Shown one piece after another: positions 29,279 through 39,478 of a stretch of DNA of 64,000 bases. Both the position numbers and the translations under genes were made by a program. Numbering within the stretch: position 1 is the stretch's first letter; each line of letters opens with the position of its first letter. The notes under the pieces were generated by a model. It searched no databases. It saw only the letters and a list, made by a program, of their open reading frames with translations, and was not told where the DNA came from. Source of the stretch: a virus; IMG/VR virus record IMGVR_UViG_3300020420_001038, positions 22,866-86,865 of that record; one strand, written 5' to 3'.

Positions 29279-30292
29279 TTAGTTGTTTGTTCTTACAACG
29301 CAATTTACCAAACCAATACCTTCGTCGGATTTGTTTTCTAATGCTCTTCCGATTACGTTAAATGGACTGATACTTTCGCCAGTTGCCGCCGCTCTCGCAC
29401 ATCCTTTGATGCTTGATGTTACAAGTCTTTGACCTTTTGTTACTGATCCAGTTGTTCTTACTGGTGCTCTTCCTGTCATTGCAACAAATGGATGACTGTC
29501 GCCGTTTCCTGCCGCCGCGTTCATCATGTATGCTGGTTTAGTAGATACCACACCAAATACATTGTCAGATAAATCTGATGTTGTTTCAGTGATTTCTGCT
29601 GTACCGCCTACTGTTACTACTGCGCCTTCTCCCATAGGAGCGTCTGCTTCAAATCTTTCACCTAAGTCAGCGTAAGAAGCCGAAGTTGCTCTTGCGTGGA
29701 TTACGTTTGCTCTTATATCCACTAGTGCGTCAATATCACCTGGGTTCATACCTCTACCTGCTGTCCAGGCACCGCCTGCATTTCCAAAAGTAGTTGTACC
29801 GTCATCAGAGTATGATTCATCCCATACCCAGAAAAGATCGTTTTCTGTGGCACTTGATGCGTCACCTCTGTTAACTTTCAAACCTGATAATGTTGGCATT
29901 CCAGAGTTTGAAGAAACGTTTCTGTTTACTTCGATGATGTTGTCTTCAACTGAAAGTGTCGCTGTGTTAATAATTGTTTGTGTACCGTCTACTGTTAGGT
30001 TTCCGTGTACTCTTACACCGTCATCTGTTACAGTCAATTCAGCATTACCGTCTGCTGTAATTATAATTGTACCATTTGTTCCTGTGTCAGTTACTGCTAC
30101 CGAACTGTTTAATTGTGCGATACTGTTTTGTGATAGACCCGCTAATGAGTCATCAACATATTTTTTGTTTGCTAACTGCCCGTCTGCTGTTGGAGCCGAC
30201 GTTGTGTTACCATGAATAGTGTTTGCACTTGCTGATATTACTATATCACCAACTGAAATACCATTATGTACTCTAAAGTTACGTGTTGTCAT
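29279..30292 (-). CDS. virion fibre-like protein with a C-terminal intramolecular-chaperone-like domain
   Basis: LSVEDNIIEVN module; SASYADLGERFEAD...GAVVTVGG...VIGRALE C-terminus resembling autocleaving chaperone (peptidase G2-like) domains. Confidence 0.7.
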   Translation of the reverse strand: MTTRNFRVHNGISVGDIVISASANTIHGNTTSAPTADGQLANKKYVDDSLAGLSQNSIAQLNSSVAVTDTGTNGTIIITADGNAELTVTDDGVRVHGNLTVDGTQTIINTATLSVEDNIIEVNRNVSSNSGMPTLSGLKVNRGDASSATENDLFWVWDESYSDDGTTTFGNAGGAWTAGRGMNPGDIDALVDIRANVIHARATSASYADLGERFEADAPMGEGAVVTVGGTAEITETTSDLSDNVFGVVSTKPAYMMNAAAGNGDSHPFVAMTGRAPVRTTGSVTKGQRLVTSSIKGCARAAATGESISPFNVIGRALENKSDEGIGLVNCVVRTNN

Positions 30293-30339
30293 AGTTCCAT
30301 GTTTCCCTTATGATTTATATTAATATAAAGTTAAGTCGT

Positions 30340-30380
30340 AAAAAAACGCCCTAACAGTTGTATTTACCATTAGGGCGTTT
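30340..30380 (-). terminator. intrinsic terminator with a late promoter box in its loop
   Basis: AAACGCCCTAA/TTAGGGCGTTT stem with U-tract; the loop contains TAAATA on the minus strand. Confidence 0.7.
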
Positions 30381-30412
30381 AAAATTATCTGTAAGGTATA
30401 TTCTCTACCGGA

Positions 30413-32023
30413 TTACGCCGCTAGTGAAGATTGTACAGTAGCCGCCGTTGTGCCTCCTGTACTTGTTGCCTGTATGTTCACTGTTCCTGAATCATATACT
30501 GCTGTTACTGTCGCCAAGTCTGTTGAACCTGAGTTAGTAATACCGTAAACAGTTATGAATGCAGTTGTACCGTTGTGTACAACAGTTGCTTTCATGCTTG
30601 AGTATTCAGAGTTTGAAGAGTCTTGTAAGACTATAAACAATTCTGCCGCTCTGTATGTAGATGCATTGAAACTCATAATTGTTGTAGCAGTTGATGTGAA
30701 GTTCACTGAACTTGTTTCAGTTCTTGCAACACCACCTGATGCTAAAGCAGTATTATCAAAACCAGTTATCGCAAATATTCTTGCACCACTGTGTGGAGCA
30801 GAAGTAAATGTAATGTTTGTTCCTGATACTGTGTAGTTTTCAGTTGGTTCTTGGTATACGTTGTCAATGAAGACAAGTACGTTAGCCACCGCCGCCGGCG
30901 CTGAACTGAAGAAACCTGTGAATGTTGTAGTTGATCCGTCACCTGTTCCCGATACTTTAGAAATAGTTGGTGTGTCACCTGCTATCGCCAAGTTAACATA
31001 AGTTGAACCATCTTGACAGCCTTCGTATTGTCCTGTCTGTGAGTTGAATCTTATGATACCAGTTGCCGCAGTCGGTCTTGCCGCTGTGTTACCAACCGGA
31101 AGTCTAAACGCATCAGTCGAACCTGACATGTCAAGTTCGTAAACCGGTGAACTAGTGTTGATACCAATTGCATCTGCTGAACCATCTAAAAAGAATTGGT
31201 GCGTGTTTGCCGCCGATTCCATTCTGAAGTCAAGATCGTTTGCTGATGCTTCATTGAAGACAACTGCTCTTGAGAACGTAGCACCACCTGTGATGTTTGC
31301 GTTCAAGTCTGCGTAAGAGTCAATTGTAACGTTACCTGCTGTTGTACCATCCTCTGAAGCCGAAACTGCCGCAACAAATTCGTCTGCTGATTCGTCCCAA
31401 ATGAATACTACGTTTGCATCAGATCCTCTGTTAAAGAATATACCTTGGTCAAACGTGTTAGCCGCTCCACCTGAGTTATTCTTTGCTAATTGAATTAGCG
31501 GATCTTCAATTGTTAATGTTGTTGAGTCAATGGTAGTTGTTGTACCATTTACAGTCAAGTTTCCTGTGACTGTCAAGTTTGATGTTATACCACCTGAAGT
31601 AAATGAAAGTCCACCTGCTCCGATTGTAGCAATCTCAGATCCTGCCACGTCGAATCTAATTACGTCTTCGTCTGAACTTTCTTCTACTTGGATTTTTGTA
31701 TCTTCGTCAGCGTCTTGAATTGCTGAACCTGATGCCAAGTTTTTGTAGGCACCGCCGGCATAACCTTCGATTGTTCCAATCGTTGTGTTATATCTTATAT
31801 CACCGTTTGCTGGCGATCCCGGTCTCTGTCCTGTTGTACCTGATGGTAACCTTAGTGAGTCAGTTGCTGAGATGTGTAAGGTAGTAGCCGGTGAAGCCGT
31901 TCCAATACCTACTCTGCTGTTACTGACATCCAAGGCTAATAAATTTGTTTCAAATGTTAAATCAGTACCTGACCTTGCCAAGTTACTGGATAACATCTGT
32001 CCTGTTATTCGTCCTATTGCCAT
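30413..32023 (-). CDS. modular virion/fibre protein
   Basis: MAIGRITG N-terminus shared with 24972..28802; two LP.G.T..RP modules; GDGSTTTF module. Confidence 0.8.
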   Translation of the reverse strand: MAIGRITGQMLSSNLARSGTDLTFETNLLALDVSNSRVGIGTASPATTLHISATDSLRLPSGTTGQRPGSPANGDIRYNTTIGTIEGYAGGAYKNLASGSAIQDADEDTKIQVEESSDEDVIRFDVAGSEIATIGAGGLSFTSGGITSNLTVTGNLTVNGTTTTIDSTTLTIEDPLIQLAKNNSGGAANTFDQGIFFNRGSDANVVFIWDESADEFVAAVSASEDGTTAGNVTIDSYADLNANITGGATFSRAVVFNEASANDLDFRMESAANTHQFFLDGSADAIGINTSSPVYELDMSGSTDAFRLPVGNTAARPTAATGIIRFNSQTGQYEGCQDGSTYVNLAIAGDTPTISKVSGTGDGSTTTFTGFFSSAPAAVANVLVFIDNVYQEPTENYTVSGTNITFTSAPHSGARIFAITGFDNTALASGGVARTETSSVNFTSTATTIMSFNASTYRAAELFIVLQDSSNSEYSSMKATVVHNGTTAFITVYGITNSGSTDLATVTAVYDSGTVNIQATSTGGTTAATVQSSLAA

Positions 32024-32120
32024 TTTAATTTCCCCTTATCGCGATAATTTTAGTTTGTTTTAAAACTATGAATATTTATCGGATTGTGCTATAATTTGAG
32101 TGTTAAATACCGCTAACGAC

Positions 32121-32660
32121 ATGAAAAACACGTATATTACAGTAGTTGGAAATATGCCAGTCAAGTTTGACTTGGACCAAGCGAAGCATCTGGGGCCTTT
32201 GATAGGGTCTAGCAACAGCAATAAAACAGTGGTATTTGACTATGCAACCGTAAACAGCGAATTAAACCTACAAGACATGTTAAATTCAACCCATTTCAAG
32301 GATTGTGAAATCCTCACAACGGAAGAATTATATAAAAAATACCTTTTTTTCGATGGTGTTTGCAATATGCCAATGTTTCCCGGCATCAAAAGTTTTGATA
32401 TAGACCAAGAAAATTGCAGTCCACAGACTCTCAGTTTGCTTTTAGCGGTATATCTTAAAAAGCCTGTGATATTTTTATTAGGATACGACATCTCTAATCC
32501 AACAGAACTAACCAGATTAAAAAGTATTGCACTGTCCAACCCAGATACCAAGTTTATGTACATATGTAATCCACCAAGAACCTATCAATTAGATGATTTG
32601 TCAAACGGATTTTGTGATACCTACATCAAGTTTCAGGAGTTGATTGATCGTGAAAAATAA
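32121..32660 (+). CDS. hypothetical protein, divergent paralog of 45655..46284
   Basis: VVGN...IFLLGYD pattern; TAAATA upstream of ATG 32121. Confidence 0.6.
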   Translation: MKNTYITVVGNMPVKFDLDQAKHLGPLIGSSNSNKTVVFDYATVNSELNLQDMLNSTHFKDCEILTTEELYKKYLFFDGVCNMPMFPGIKSFDIDQENCSPQTLSLLLAVYLKKPVIFLLGYDISNPTELTRLKSIALSNPDTKFMYICNPPRTYQLDDLSNGFCDTYIKFQELIDREK

Positions 32661-33012
32661 AATATTTTACAAATACAGTCTCAAGGTAAGATGGCCAGCA
32701 ACCTGTAGAAATAGAAGTGTTGAAGTGTTGAAAGAACGCCCCGATCTTATAGAACAAATGAATAACTTTAGGCAAAAAATTGATACAGTGTTGAAAATAG
32801 TTTGCAGAAAAAATTATCAAGTGGATGGTTCACATTCTATGACAGGAGTAAGACTTTGGTTTGAGTCGGGTCAAGATTCTTATGAATTTATTATTAGACA
32901 ACCTGAATTCGAGTGGGAGATTGTTCCGGAGATATCAGTAATAAATGTGATTACAAGCCAACTACAAACGTTTCAGATAGTTTACACACCTACAGGTGTC
33001 GTAATAGATTAA
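32644..33012 (+). CDS. hypothetical protein
   Basis: 122 aa ORF overlapping the preceding gene. Confidence 0.6.
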   Translation: MIVKNKIFYKYSLKVRWPATCRNRSVEVLKERPDLIEQMNNFRQKIDTVLKIVCRKNYQVDGSHSMTGVRLWFESGQDSYEFIIRQPEFEWEIVPEISVINVITSQLQTFQIVYTPTGVVID

Positions 33013-34028
33013 TCAGCAAACCCGTGCATGACAACAATTCTTGCACCTGTGTGTGCGGCCTCACCAGCAGTTGTGACAGTGGTTCCGCTCATTGTATAAT
33101 TGGTTGTTGGTTCCTGCATCACTCCATCAATATATACGATAACATTTTTAGCATCGGTAGGAGTTGTACTCATTGTGAATGACGTTGTTGATCCATCGCC
33201 AGTAAAAATATCTTTTGTAATAGTTCCTGCAACTGCTTCAGTTCTCAAAGCAGTGTAAGTTGATCCATCTTCTGATACTTCATATTTTCCTGTTGTGGTG
33301 TTGAATCTTATCACACCTTCCTGAGCACTTGGCCTTTCAGCAGTGGTACCTGTTGGTAGAACTACACCTGAATTTGCACTGAACACATATTGTCCTGTAC
33401 CGGTAGTACCAAAACTCATATCGGCATTTGTTGAAATATTGTTTATTGCGTTGTCGCTGAATTCAGTGTTGCCTGTACTTGCACTTATATTCTGTACACC
33501 AATTGGCCCAACATATCTTGCACCACAGATGTAAACGGATTTGCCTGAAAAATTAACGCCATTTGGCAAATTAGCACCTATGAAATGTAGTACTCCTGAT
33601 TGATAATCAAAAAACCATTCGTCGTCGTTACCTGATCCAGTGGCAAAGAGTTGTGATCCACCTGATGCGGCATTGCCGGCATCTCCTGATGTGTGTACAT
33701 AAACTTTTACTTGATAAGTTGATCCAAACTCCGGTGGTATCCAATCAGTTAATCCTGTTTTCCATGTTCTGTTTGCGGCCGCTGTACCGTCATTAGTGGT
33801 TTCATCAGGAGCACTGGCAGGATAAACAGTAACTATACCCGCACTTGAGGCTGGTTGAGTCGCTGGTATGTTGTTTGCTTCTGTCCAAACTTTGTCACCT
33901 CTTAATAATAAAGGAGATGCAATGGCTTCGTTGGGTGCTTTCTTGGCCGCATTGGTGTCTGTCTTTGTTGCCGCATAACCAATTTTCTTCCAAAGATAAT
34001 CTACTTTTTTTGCGTCAGTTATTGCCAT
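33009..34028 (-). CDS. virion structural protein
   Basis: WFFDYQSGVLHF; LPTGTTAERP and GDGSTTSF modules. Confidence 0.75.
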   Translation of the reverse strand: MAITDAKKVDYLWKKIGYAATKTDTNAAKKAPNEAIASPLLLRGDKVWTEANNIPATQPASSAGIVTVYPASAPDETTNDGTAAANRTWKTGLTDWIPPEFGSTYQVKVYVHTSGDAGNAASGGSQLFATGSGNDDEWFFDYQSGVLHFIGANLPNGVNFSGKSVYICGARYVGPIGVQNISASTGNTEFSDNAINNISTNADMSFGTTGTGQYVFSANSGVVLPTGTTAERPSAQEGVIRFNTTTGKYEVSEDGSTYTALRTEAVAGTITKDIFTGDGSTTSFTMSTTPTDAKNVIVYIDGVMQEPTTNYTMSGTTVTTAGEAAHTGARIVVMHGFAD

Positions 34029-37000
34029 TAATCTATTGCCAGTGCTGTGACACTGTCTCCTGAGTTTAATTTAATTCTTACTAGTATATTGTTACCTGTG
34101 GCGTTTGTTCCATTTTCAGTACCTAAAGTAAATGTAAATTCTTGTCCGGAATATGTTGTTCCATCCACCACCCTGTCACCAGAGTTGAATGCACAACCAT
34201 TGGATCCATTTCCGCCTGCACCTGTGTTCGATCCTGGTACCCCCGATCCACCATAAGTGGTAGAACAATCTAGCCAACCGTTCAAACCAGAGGCATTATC
34301 GATTGCTGTACCCGGCGCCGCAATGAACATTCCTGAAACTTTACCTGACATTGTAACATTAAAGTTGGCCACATTACTTCTTCTAAATGCAAAAGTAAAG
34401 TACTGTGCCTCTCCTCCATTCCGACCTGTATTTAAATCTGGTCCTACCGGAAGATATCCACTGCTTAAATCCGTTGTGAAGTGAGATATTGTTCCAAATC
34501 GCGAAATAGCCTCGTTGGTTCCCGCCACAGTAACCGCTCCAGACCATGCTGAATCAGTGTAGTAATTGGCATTAGATGAATCAAATAGTGATGGAGTGTC
34601 ACTGTTTAGGGAACCAAACCCTGCTATCCTTACCGCATCGTCATCAAACGTTGCGCCTAAAGAATCTGATACTGTGATACCGCCTGCTTCGTTGTCTAGA
34701 CTTAACAATGATGCTCGGTACACCTGAATTTTTGTTGCAGAACTGTTATAACTTCCAGTTCCGTTTGCGTTTTTACTTCTTGCTCTAATTGTTTTTACTG
34801 CCCTCACACTGTCACTGGTGATAGGCACACTTAAATTTCCTATTGTGTATGCACTTGATACACCAATGTCAACTTTTGGTGTGCTACCACTTAACATTGT
34901 GGTAGATCCATCTACCTGTGTGTATGTGTATGCCGAATCTGTTATTACATCGCCGGATGTGGATTCTTGGTTGGTATCGTTGTGTACTTGGTGAGGTGAG
35001 TTTGTATCTTGAAATGCTTGTCCGGTGAAGTTAGCAATCGTAGTTCCTGATACTTGTAGTGTTGGAGAACCAGTGTTGTAATAAGGCACACCAGAAATAT
35101 ATCTTAATGATCCTGCACTTGATTGAGATACAGTACCAATAGTTGTGGTTGGAGTTGCAGTTACATCATCTCTTACAACATGCACTATGTTTGTGTTCCC
35201 ACCTGCTGTGCTTTCTATTCGTTGTGCATTTGATCCAATAGAATATGTTGACAATGCCTGTGTAATTTTTGCAGTTGCCACTAAAAACATTCTTTGTGGG
35301 AAAGATGCGACTTCGTCTGCATCTCTGTGGTTGGTTACAACTAAACTTGTGAATGTTGCATTATTTGAGCCACCCTCTGAAGTTGTAAATGTCCTGTTAC
35401 CTCTGTCGGCATTATTAATTTTTGCTGTCACTGTTTGGTTAACAGTTGATCCTGTACCATTTGAATTATTAGTTAAGAAGTTCGTACATGTGTTTGTGTC
35501 AATTGTACCACTTGTATAACGTCTTGCAGTTGTTGTGTTTAATGAATCACCTGCTGACTGAGATGTAAACGAACTGGAATTATCAGTGAATCCATGGCAA
35601 AGTTTTGGTGATGTACCTTGTGCAGAATCACTTAATGTCAAACTTTTTGTAGATAAGTTTGCTGGTGCACTTGGCGTAGCATTCATTGTAAAAGTTATTG
35701 TTTCGTTGTCATTTTGGTGTATTGTGTCGGGTGTACCTGTTGCTCTAAAATCTGTTGTGAAACTTCCTGTGGATGTGCCTGTGAAGTTTTTAGATAAGTT
35801 TACGCCAACCACTCCTGCTGTTGACCCATCCTCACCAATTGATAAAACATCACTGGAGTCGTTGAGGAAATCATACTCATAATTGTCGCCATTCTGTGAA
35901 CTATTAGTAAAGTTTACCAATGCTCTGTTGGCACCATCTAGGTCTGTTACGTCATATAAATCTAATCCGTTGTCTCCAGATTTTGTTGATACAATAGGCG
36001 TTGTTGCTGTAAGCACTGCTCTCACGTCTGGTTCAACCACAATGTTTGTTATCGCACTTGTGAATGTTCCTGTCGAATGTCCGTTGTTCAAAACTAATTT
36101 TACAGGATAAGTGGTTGTAGATCCCACAGTTCCTGATCCTGACTGTGTGAAGCCAAATGTTTTAGAAATTGTTTGATCGGTGTCTCCGGATGAACCTGTG
36201 CCAATATTCACAGTTGTTTGCGTTGAGTCATCTGTAAAGTCCCATTGGTATTGCTGTGTTGCACTGAAACTTGAATTTGCACCAGGATTCGTATCGGTTC
36301 CGTTGATAAAAGTTCTAGGAAATCCTGAAGTGCCTTCTTCGTTGACTCCTCTTAATGTTGAGTCTGCTATATCAATTTTTGGAGTATGTGTTGAATACAC
36401 TTCAAAATTTGAATTGGTGCTTTGCGGAATTTGTTCTGGCGCCGCACTTGGATGACTTAACAATGTTAACCTAATATTATATTTTGTATCACCTGCTCCT
36501 GTACCAGCAACAGTTGATCCATCATCTGTGGCACTGTTTGTATAGGTGTGAGATAAGTTGTTGCCTGCCCCACCTCCAGCGGCATTATTATTTGCAATCG
36601 ACTCTGTTGTGCCGTCTCCCCAATCAACTGAATATGTACAAGCACTAACACTGTTTGTGGTATTATTTTGTAAGAAAACTGTACTTCCTGAATCTGTTTT
36701 TGTTATTGCACTGCCACCATTTCGTGTTGCTGAAGTTCTGATTGCAAAAGCAACTGCCGGTGCTGGAGTGGCCACTGCAATATAATCTGTTCTTGTAAAG
36801 GTTGCAAAACTTCCTGCCGAGTCTGTTGTTGCTGTATTGTTAAATGCTTTGACTGTCACATCCATTGGTGTATTTGTTGCGTCATCATAGACGTGAGTAG
36901 GACTTGTGGTCGTTACCGTTTCACTATCTCCATCTCCCCACGTGATAGTGTATCGGTTTGCACCTCCACCCACTGTTGTGATTGTTAGTGTAACGGTGTC

Positions 37001-37723
37001 GCCCTCTGATATTGATGTTGTATTTGCTGTGAACGTAACACTTTTCACGTAAGTTGAGTTACGTATGTTCTCCATTGTTTCGTTAAGTCCGTCCACTGCT
37101 TCTGTAATTTTAGTTGAGTTTCCTATTGTAGTGAGTGCTCCATCACCATATGTTGAGTCCACAGGAGCACCTAAATCTGTATTTGCTCCTGTAATTGTTC
37201 CACTACTAGATAATGTGGAAATTGTGTTGTCTATGTAATTTTTTGTTGCGGCATCCGAATTCGATGTTGGCTCTCCAATTTGTATTTTTTGTAAAGTAAC
37301 ACTTGTCAAATCTGTTCTTGTGGATCCGTCCGAAGTTGTTGTACCAAACTTAAATTTATCCTCTGTTTCATCCCAGAAAAATACAGCAGGATCTTGCGAT
37401 GACCCTCTGTTGATCATTATGCCTGAGTCTGTATCGGCAGATGCATTTTGATTTATTGTTAAAATATTATCTTCAACTGACAAGTTTTGTGAGTCAATTG
37501 AGGTAGTGGTACCTTGGACAATAAGGTCACCTGTTACTGTTTGGTTTCCTGATATTCTAGTGTTACCCGATACATCTAGTGCAAAATTACCAGGCGTATT
37601 GGTATTGACACCTATACGTCCATTTTGTACATCTAAGTAGAGCAATTGGCCGTTGAAAGCCAAATCCGTGCTACGGATAAGATTTGATTCTAATAATTCA
37701 CCTGCTATCTTTGTTATTGCCAT
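34028..37723 (-). CDS. large PKD/Ig-like domain virion protein
   Basis: 1231 aa; YTITWGDG, YSVDWGDG and YQWDF PKD-like motifs; LSVEDNI module. Confidence 0.8.
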   Translation of the reverse strand: MAITKIAGELLESNLIRSTDLAFNGQLLYLDVQNGRIGVNTNTPGNFALDVSGNTRISGNQTVTGDLIVQGTTTSIDSQNLSVEDNILTINQNASADTDSGIMINRGSSQDPAVFFWDETEDKFKFGTTTSDGSTRTDLTSVTLQKIQIGEPTSNSDAATKNYIDNTISTLSSSGTITGANTDLGAPVDSTYGDGALTTIGNSTKITEAVDGLNETMENIRNSTYVKSVTFTANTTSISEGDTVTLTITTVGGGANRYTITWGDGDSETVTTTSPTHVYDDATNTPMDVTVKAFNNTATTDSAGSFATFTRTDYIAVATPAPAVAFAIRTSATRNGGSAITKTDSGSTVFLQNNTTNSVSACTYSVDWGDGTTESIANNNAAGGGAGNNLSHTYTNSATDDGSTVAGTGAGDTKYNIRLTLLSHPSAAPEQIPQSTNSNFEVYSTHTPKIDIADSTLRGVNEEGTSGFPRTFINGTDTNPGANSSFSATQQYQWDFTDDSTQTTVNIGTGSSGDTDQTISKTFGFTQSGSGTVGSTTTYPVKLVLNNGHSTGTFTSAITNIVVEPDVRAVLTATTPIVSTKSGDNGLDLYDVTDLDGANRALVNFTNSSQNGDNYEYDFLNDSSDVLSIGEDGSTAGVVGVNLSKNFTGTSTGSFTTDFRATGTPDTIHQNDNETITFTMNATPSAPANLSTKSLTLSDSAQGTSPKLCHGFTDNSSSFTSQSAGDSLNTTTARRYTSGTIDTNTCTNFLTNNSNGTGSTVNQTVTAKINNADRGNRTFTTSEGGSNNATFTSLVVTNHRDADEVASFPQRMFLVATAKITQALSTYSIGSNAQRIESTAGGNTNIVHVVRDDVTATPTTTIGTVSQSSAGSLRYISGVPYYNTGSPTLQVSGTTIANFTGQAFQDTNSPHQVHNDTNQESTSGDVITDSAYTYTQVDGSTTMLSGSTPKVDIGVSSAYTIGNLSVPITSDSVRAVKTIRARSKNANGTGSYNSSATKIQVYRASLLSLDNEAGGITVSDSLGATFDDDAVRIAGFGSLNSDTPSLFDSSNANYYTDSAWSGAVTVAGTNEAISRFGTISHFTTDLSSGYLPVGPDLNTGRNGGEAQYFTFAFRRSNVANFNVTMSGKVSGMFIAAPGTAIDNASGLNGWLDCSTTYGGSGVPGSNTGAGGNGSNGCAFNSGDRVVDGTTYSGQEFTFTLGTENGTNATGNNILVRIKLNSGDSVTALAID

Positions 37724-37786
37724 AATACTACTTTGATATTTACCAATTATTCATATGACTACAAACTAGCACTAAATAATCATTAT

Positions 37787-38656
37787 ATGGCACTATTACC
37801 TATTAATAAAATTGAAAAAGTATCAAAGTCACGTATATCTGTGCAACAGGTAGATGTATTTGAAAATTCAATAAGTGGCGATGCAATCACAGGCGGAAGA
37901 ATAACAGACTTCGCAAGTTCGGGTATACACGACAAAGCGGACTCGGTGCAATTGGTTATTGAAAATGACCATATAGAGGTTGCAAAAGACCTGCACATCA
38001 AAGGCACAGTGAAAGTAGAGAACTTACAATACGTTCAAGCACAGGTTCCGAAACTGAATGTGACTGATGCAATAATGATTGATCATAACGAAGTGATATG
38101 GAAGGATAGATTAGGCAAGTCTGTCAAAAAGAGTTACATAGAAGAGTTAGGAATTTTACGGAATCTACAAGTTTCAAGGAACAATTTTTATGTCGCGGAT
38201 GGTAGAGTAGGTGTTAATACAACGGCACCATCTGCAGATTTTTCAGTTAACTCCGGAGGATATGAAATTATTACAACAATGCAAGAGTCAAATGCATTTG
38301 TTGGTACGCATTCGCACGTTGCCTTCGCAATTGGAACAGATAACACACCAAGATTGACTTGTAGAGCAAACGGAGATGTTGTTGTTGGATCCGAAAGTGG
38401 GAAGCCTGTAAATCTAAATGTATATGGACAAATGGGTATTGGTGTGAAATATCCCCAAGAAAGTTTACATGTTGATGGCAACATTAAATTTGCCGAAAGA
38501 ACATTCGCATCAGGCGAACAAGCACCAAATGATGGACGTTGGGACACAGGGTCTATTGTATGGAATGAAAAGCCTGAATTGAACAAACCAGTTGGTTGGG
38601 TATGCTTCAAAGGTGGCAAGCCTGGTGCCTGGAGACCTTTTGGATTAATTTACTAA
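37787..38656 (+). CDS. hypothetical virion-like protein
   Basis: RVGVNT/MGIGV repeats, C-terminal PVGWVC..GG.PG.W; start at ATG 37787 after TAAATA. Confidence 0.7.
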   Translation: MALLPINKIEKVSKSRISVQQVDVFENSISGDAITGGRITDFASSGIHDKADSVQLVIENDHIEVAKDLHIKGTVKVENLQYVQAQVPKLNVTDAIMIDHNEVIWKDRLGKSVKKSYIEELGILRNLQVSRNNFYVADGRVGVNTTAPSADFSVNSGGYEIITTMQESNAFVGTHSHVAFAIGTDNTPRLTCRANGDVVVGSESGKPVNLNVYGQMGIGVKYPQESLHVDGNIKFAERTFASGEQAPNDGRWDTGSIVWNEKPELNKPVGWVCFKGGKPGAWRPFGLIY

Positions 38657-38669
38657 AAAAATATTAGAT

Positions 38670-39155
38670 TTATTCGCCGAGTTTGTTGAGACCATGGACT
38701 ATTGTGATTATATGTCCGCTTGTTGCACCATCATTGGCAGGTGGCGCTGAACCAAAAGTCATTGTGGCTGTTGTGCCTGATCCTGATATAGTATAGTTTG
38801 TTGTTGGAACCTGATATACTCCGCCAATAAACACTAAAATATCAGTGGGATCACTAACTCCTACTGAGAATGTTGCACCTGGACCATCGAAAGACGCCAA
38901 GTCAAGTCCGCCGCCGTTTCCAAAAGTTGTTGTTGTGCCGTCACCTTGAAACTTATCAATAGTAATTGTTTTCTCTCTTGACGATTCTGATATGTTGTAC
39001 CATTCAGAACCATTGTAGACTTGATATGTTGAAGTTGTTGTGTTAAAAACTAACTGACCATTTACACCTGCTGGCCTTTGAGCAGTCGTTACATTTGGAA
39101 TAGTGATACCAAATGCATTGTCTCCTACCAATGGGTTTTTTACAAATCTACCCAT
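38670..39155 (-). CDS. small virion structural protein
   Basis: TTAQRP...GQLVFNTT and GDGTTTTF/VFIGGVYQ modules. Confidence 0.75.
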   Translation of the reverse strand: MGRFVKNPLVGDNAFGITIPNVTTAQRPAGVNGQLVFNTTTSTYQVYNGSEWYNISESSREKTITIDKFQGDGTTTTFGNGGGLDLASFDGPGATFSVGVSDPTDILVFIGGVYQVPTTNYTISGSGTTATMTFGSAPPANDGATSGHIITIVHGLNKLGE

Positions 39156-39160
39156 GGTTA

Positions 39161-39475
39161 TTATAATCCTATAGTTGAGATTGTTGCGTTGAACTGTGCC
39201 GCCGAATCTGGTGCCGCAATATAAATTTTTGCACCTGTTTCCAATATCATTTTTTCTGTGTCAATGATATACGTGTCTCTGGCCTTAACTGTCAGTTGTG
39301 AATAGATTAGATGATTAGCACTCACTGATGCACCATTAGGACACACATAAACGTCAATTGTGCCATCACCGTCTGTTTTGTTTGTGATGTAGATTACTGT
39401 CACTGCCGTGTCCGCAGTTGCCGTAAATGCCGCTGATCCTAACCCTGTTCCAACTTGATAATTTGTTATTGCCAT
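39161..39475 (-). CDS. small beta-rich structural protein
   Basis: 104 aa ORF within the structural operon. Confidence 0.7.
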   Translation of the reverse strand: MAITNYQVGTGLGSAAFTATADTAVTVIYITNKTDGDGTIDVYVCPNGASVSANHLIYSQLTVKARDTYIIDTEKMILETGAKIYIAAPDSAAQFNATISTIGL

Positions 39476-39478
39476 ATT

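Noticed and set aside
24972-37723. Diversity-generating retroelement or invertible shufflon in the fibre cluster
   Set aside because: The repeats are diverged protein-level modules; no near-identical TR/VR pair, reverse transcriptase or invertase seen
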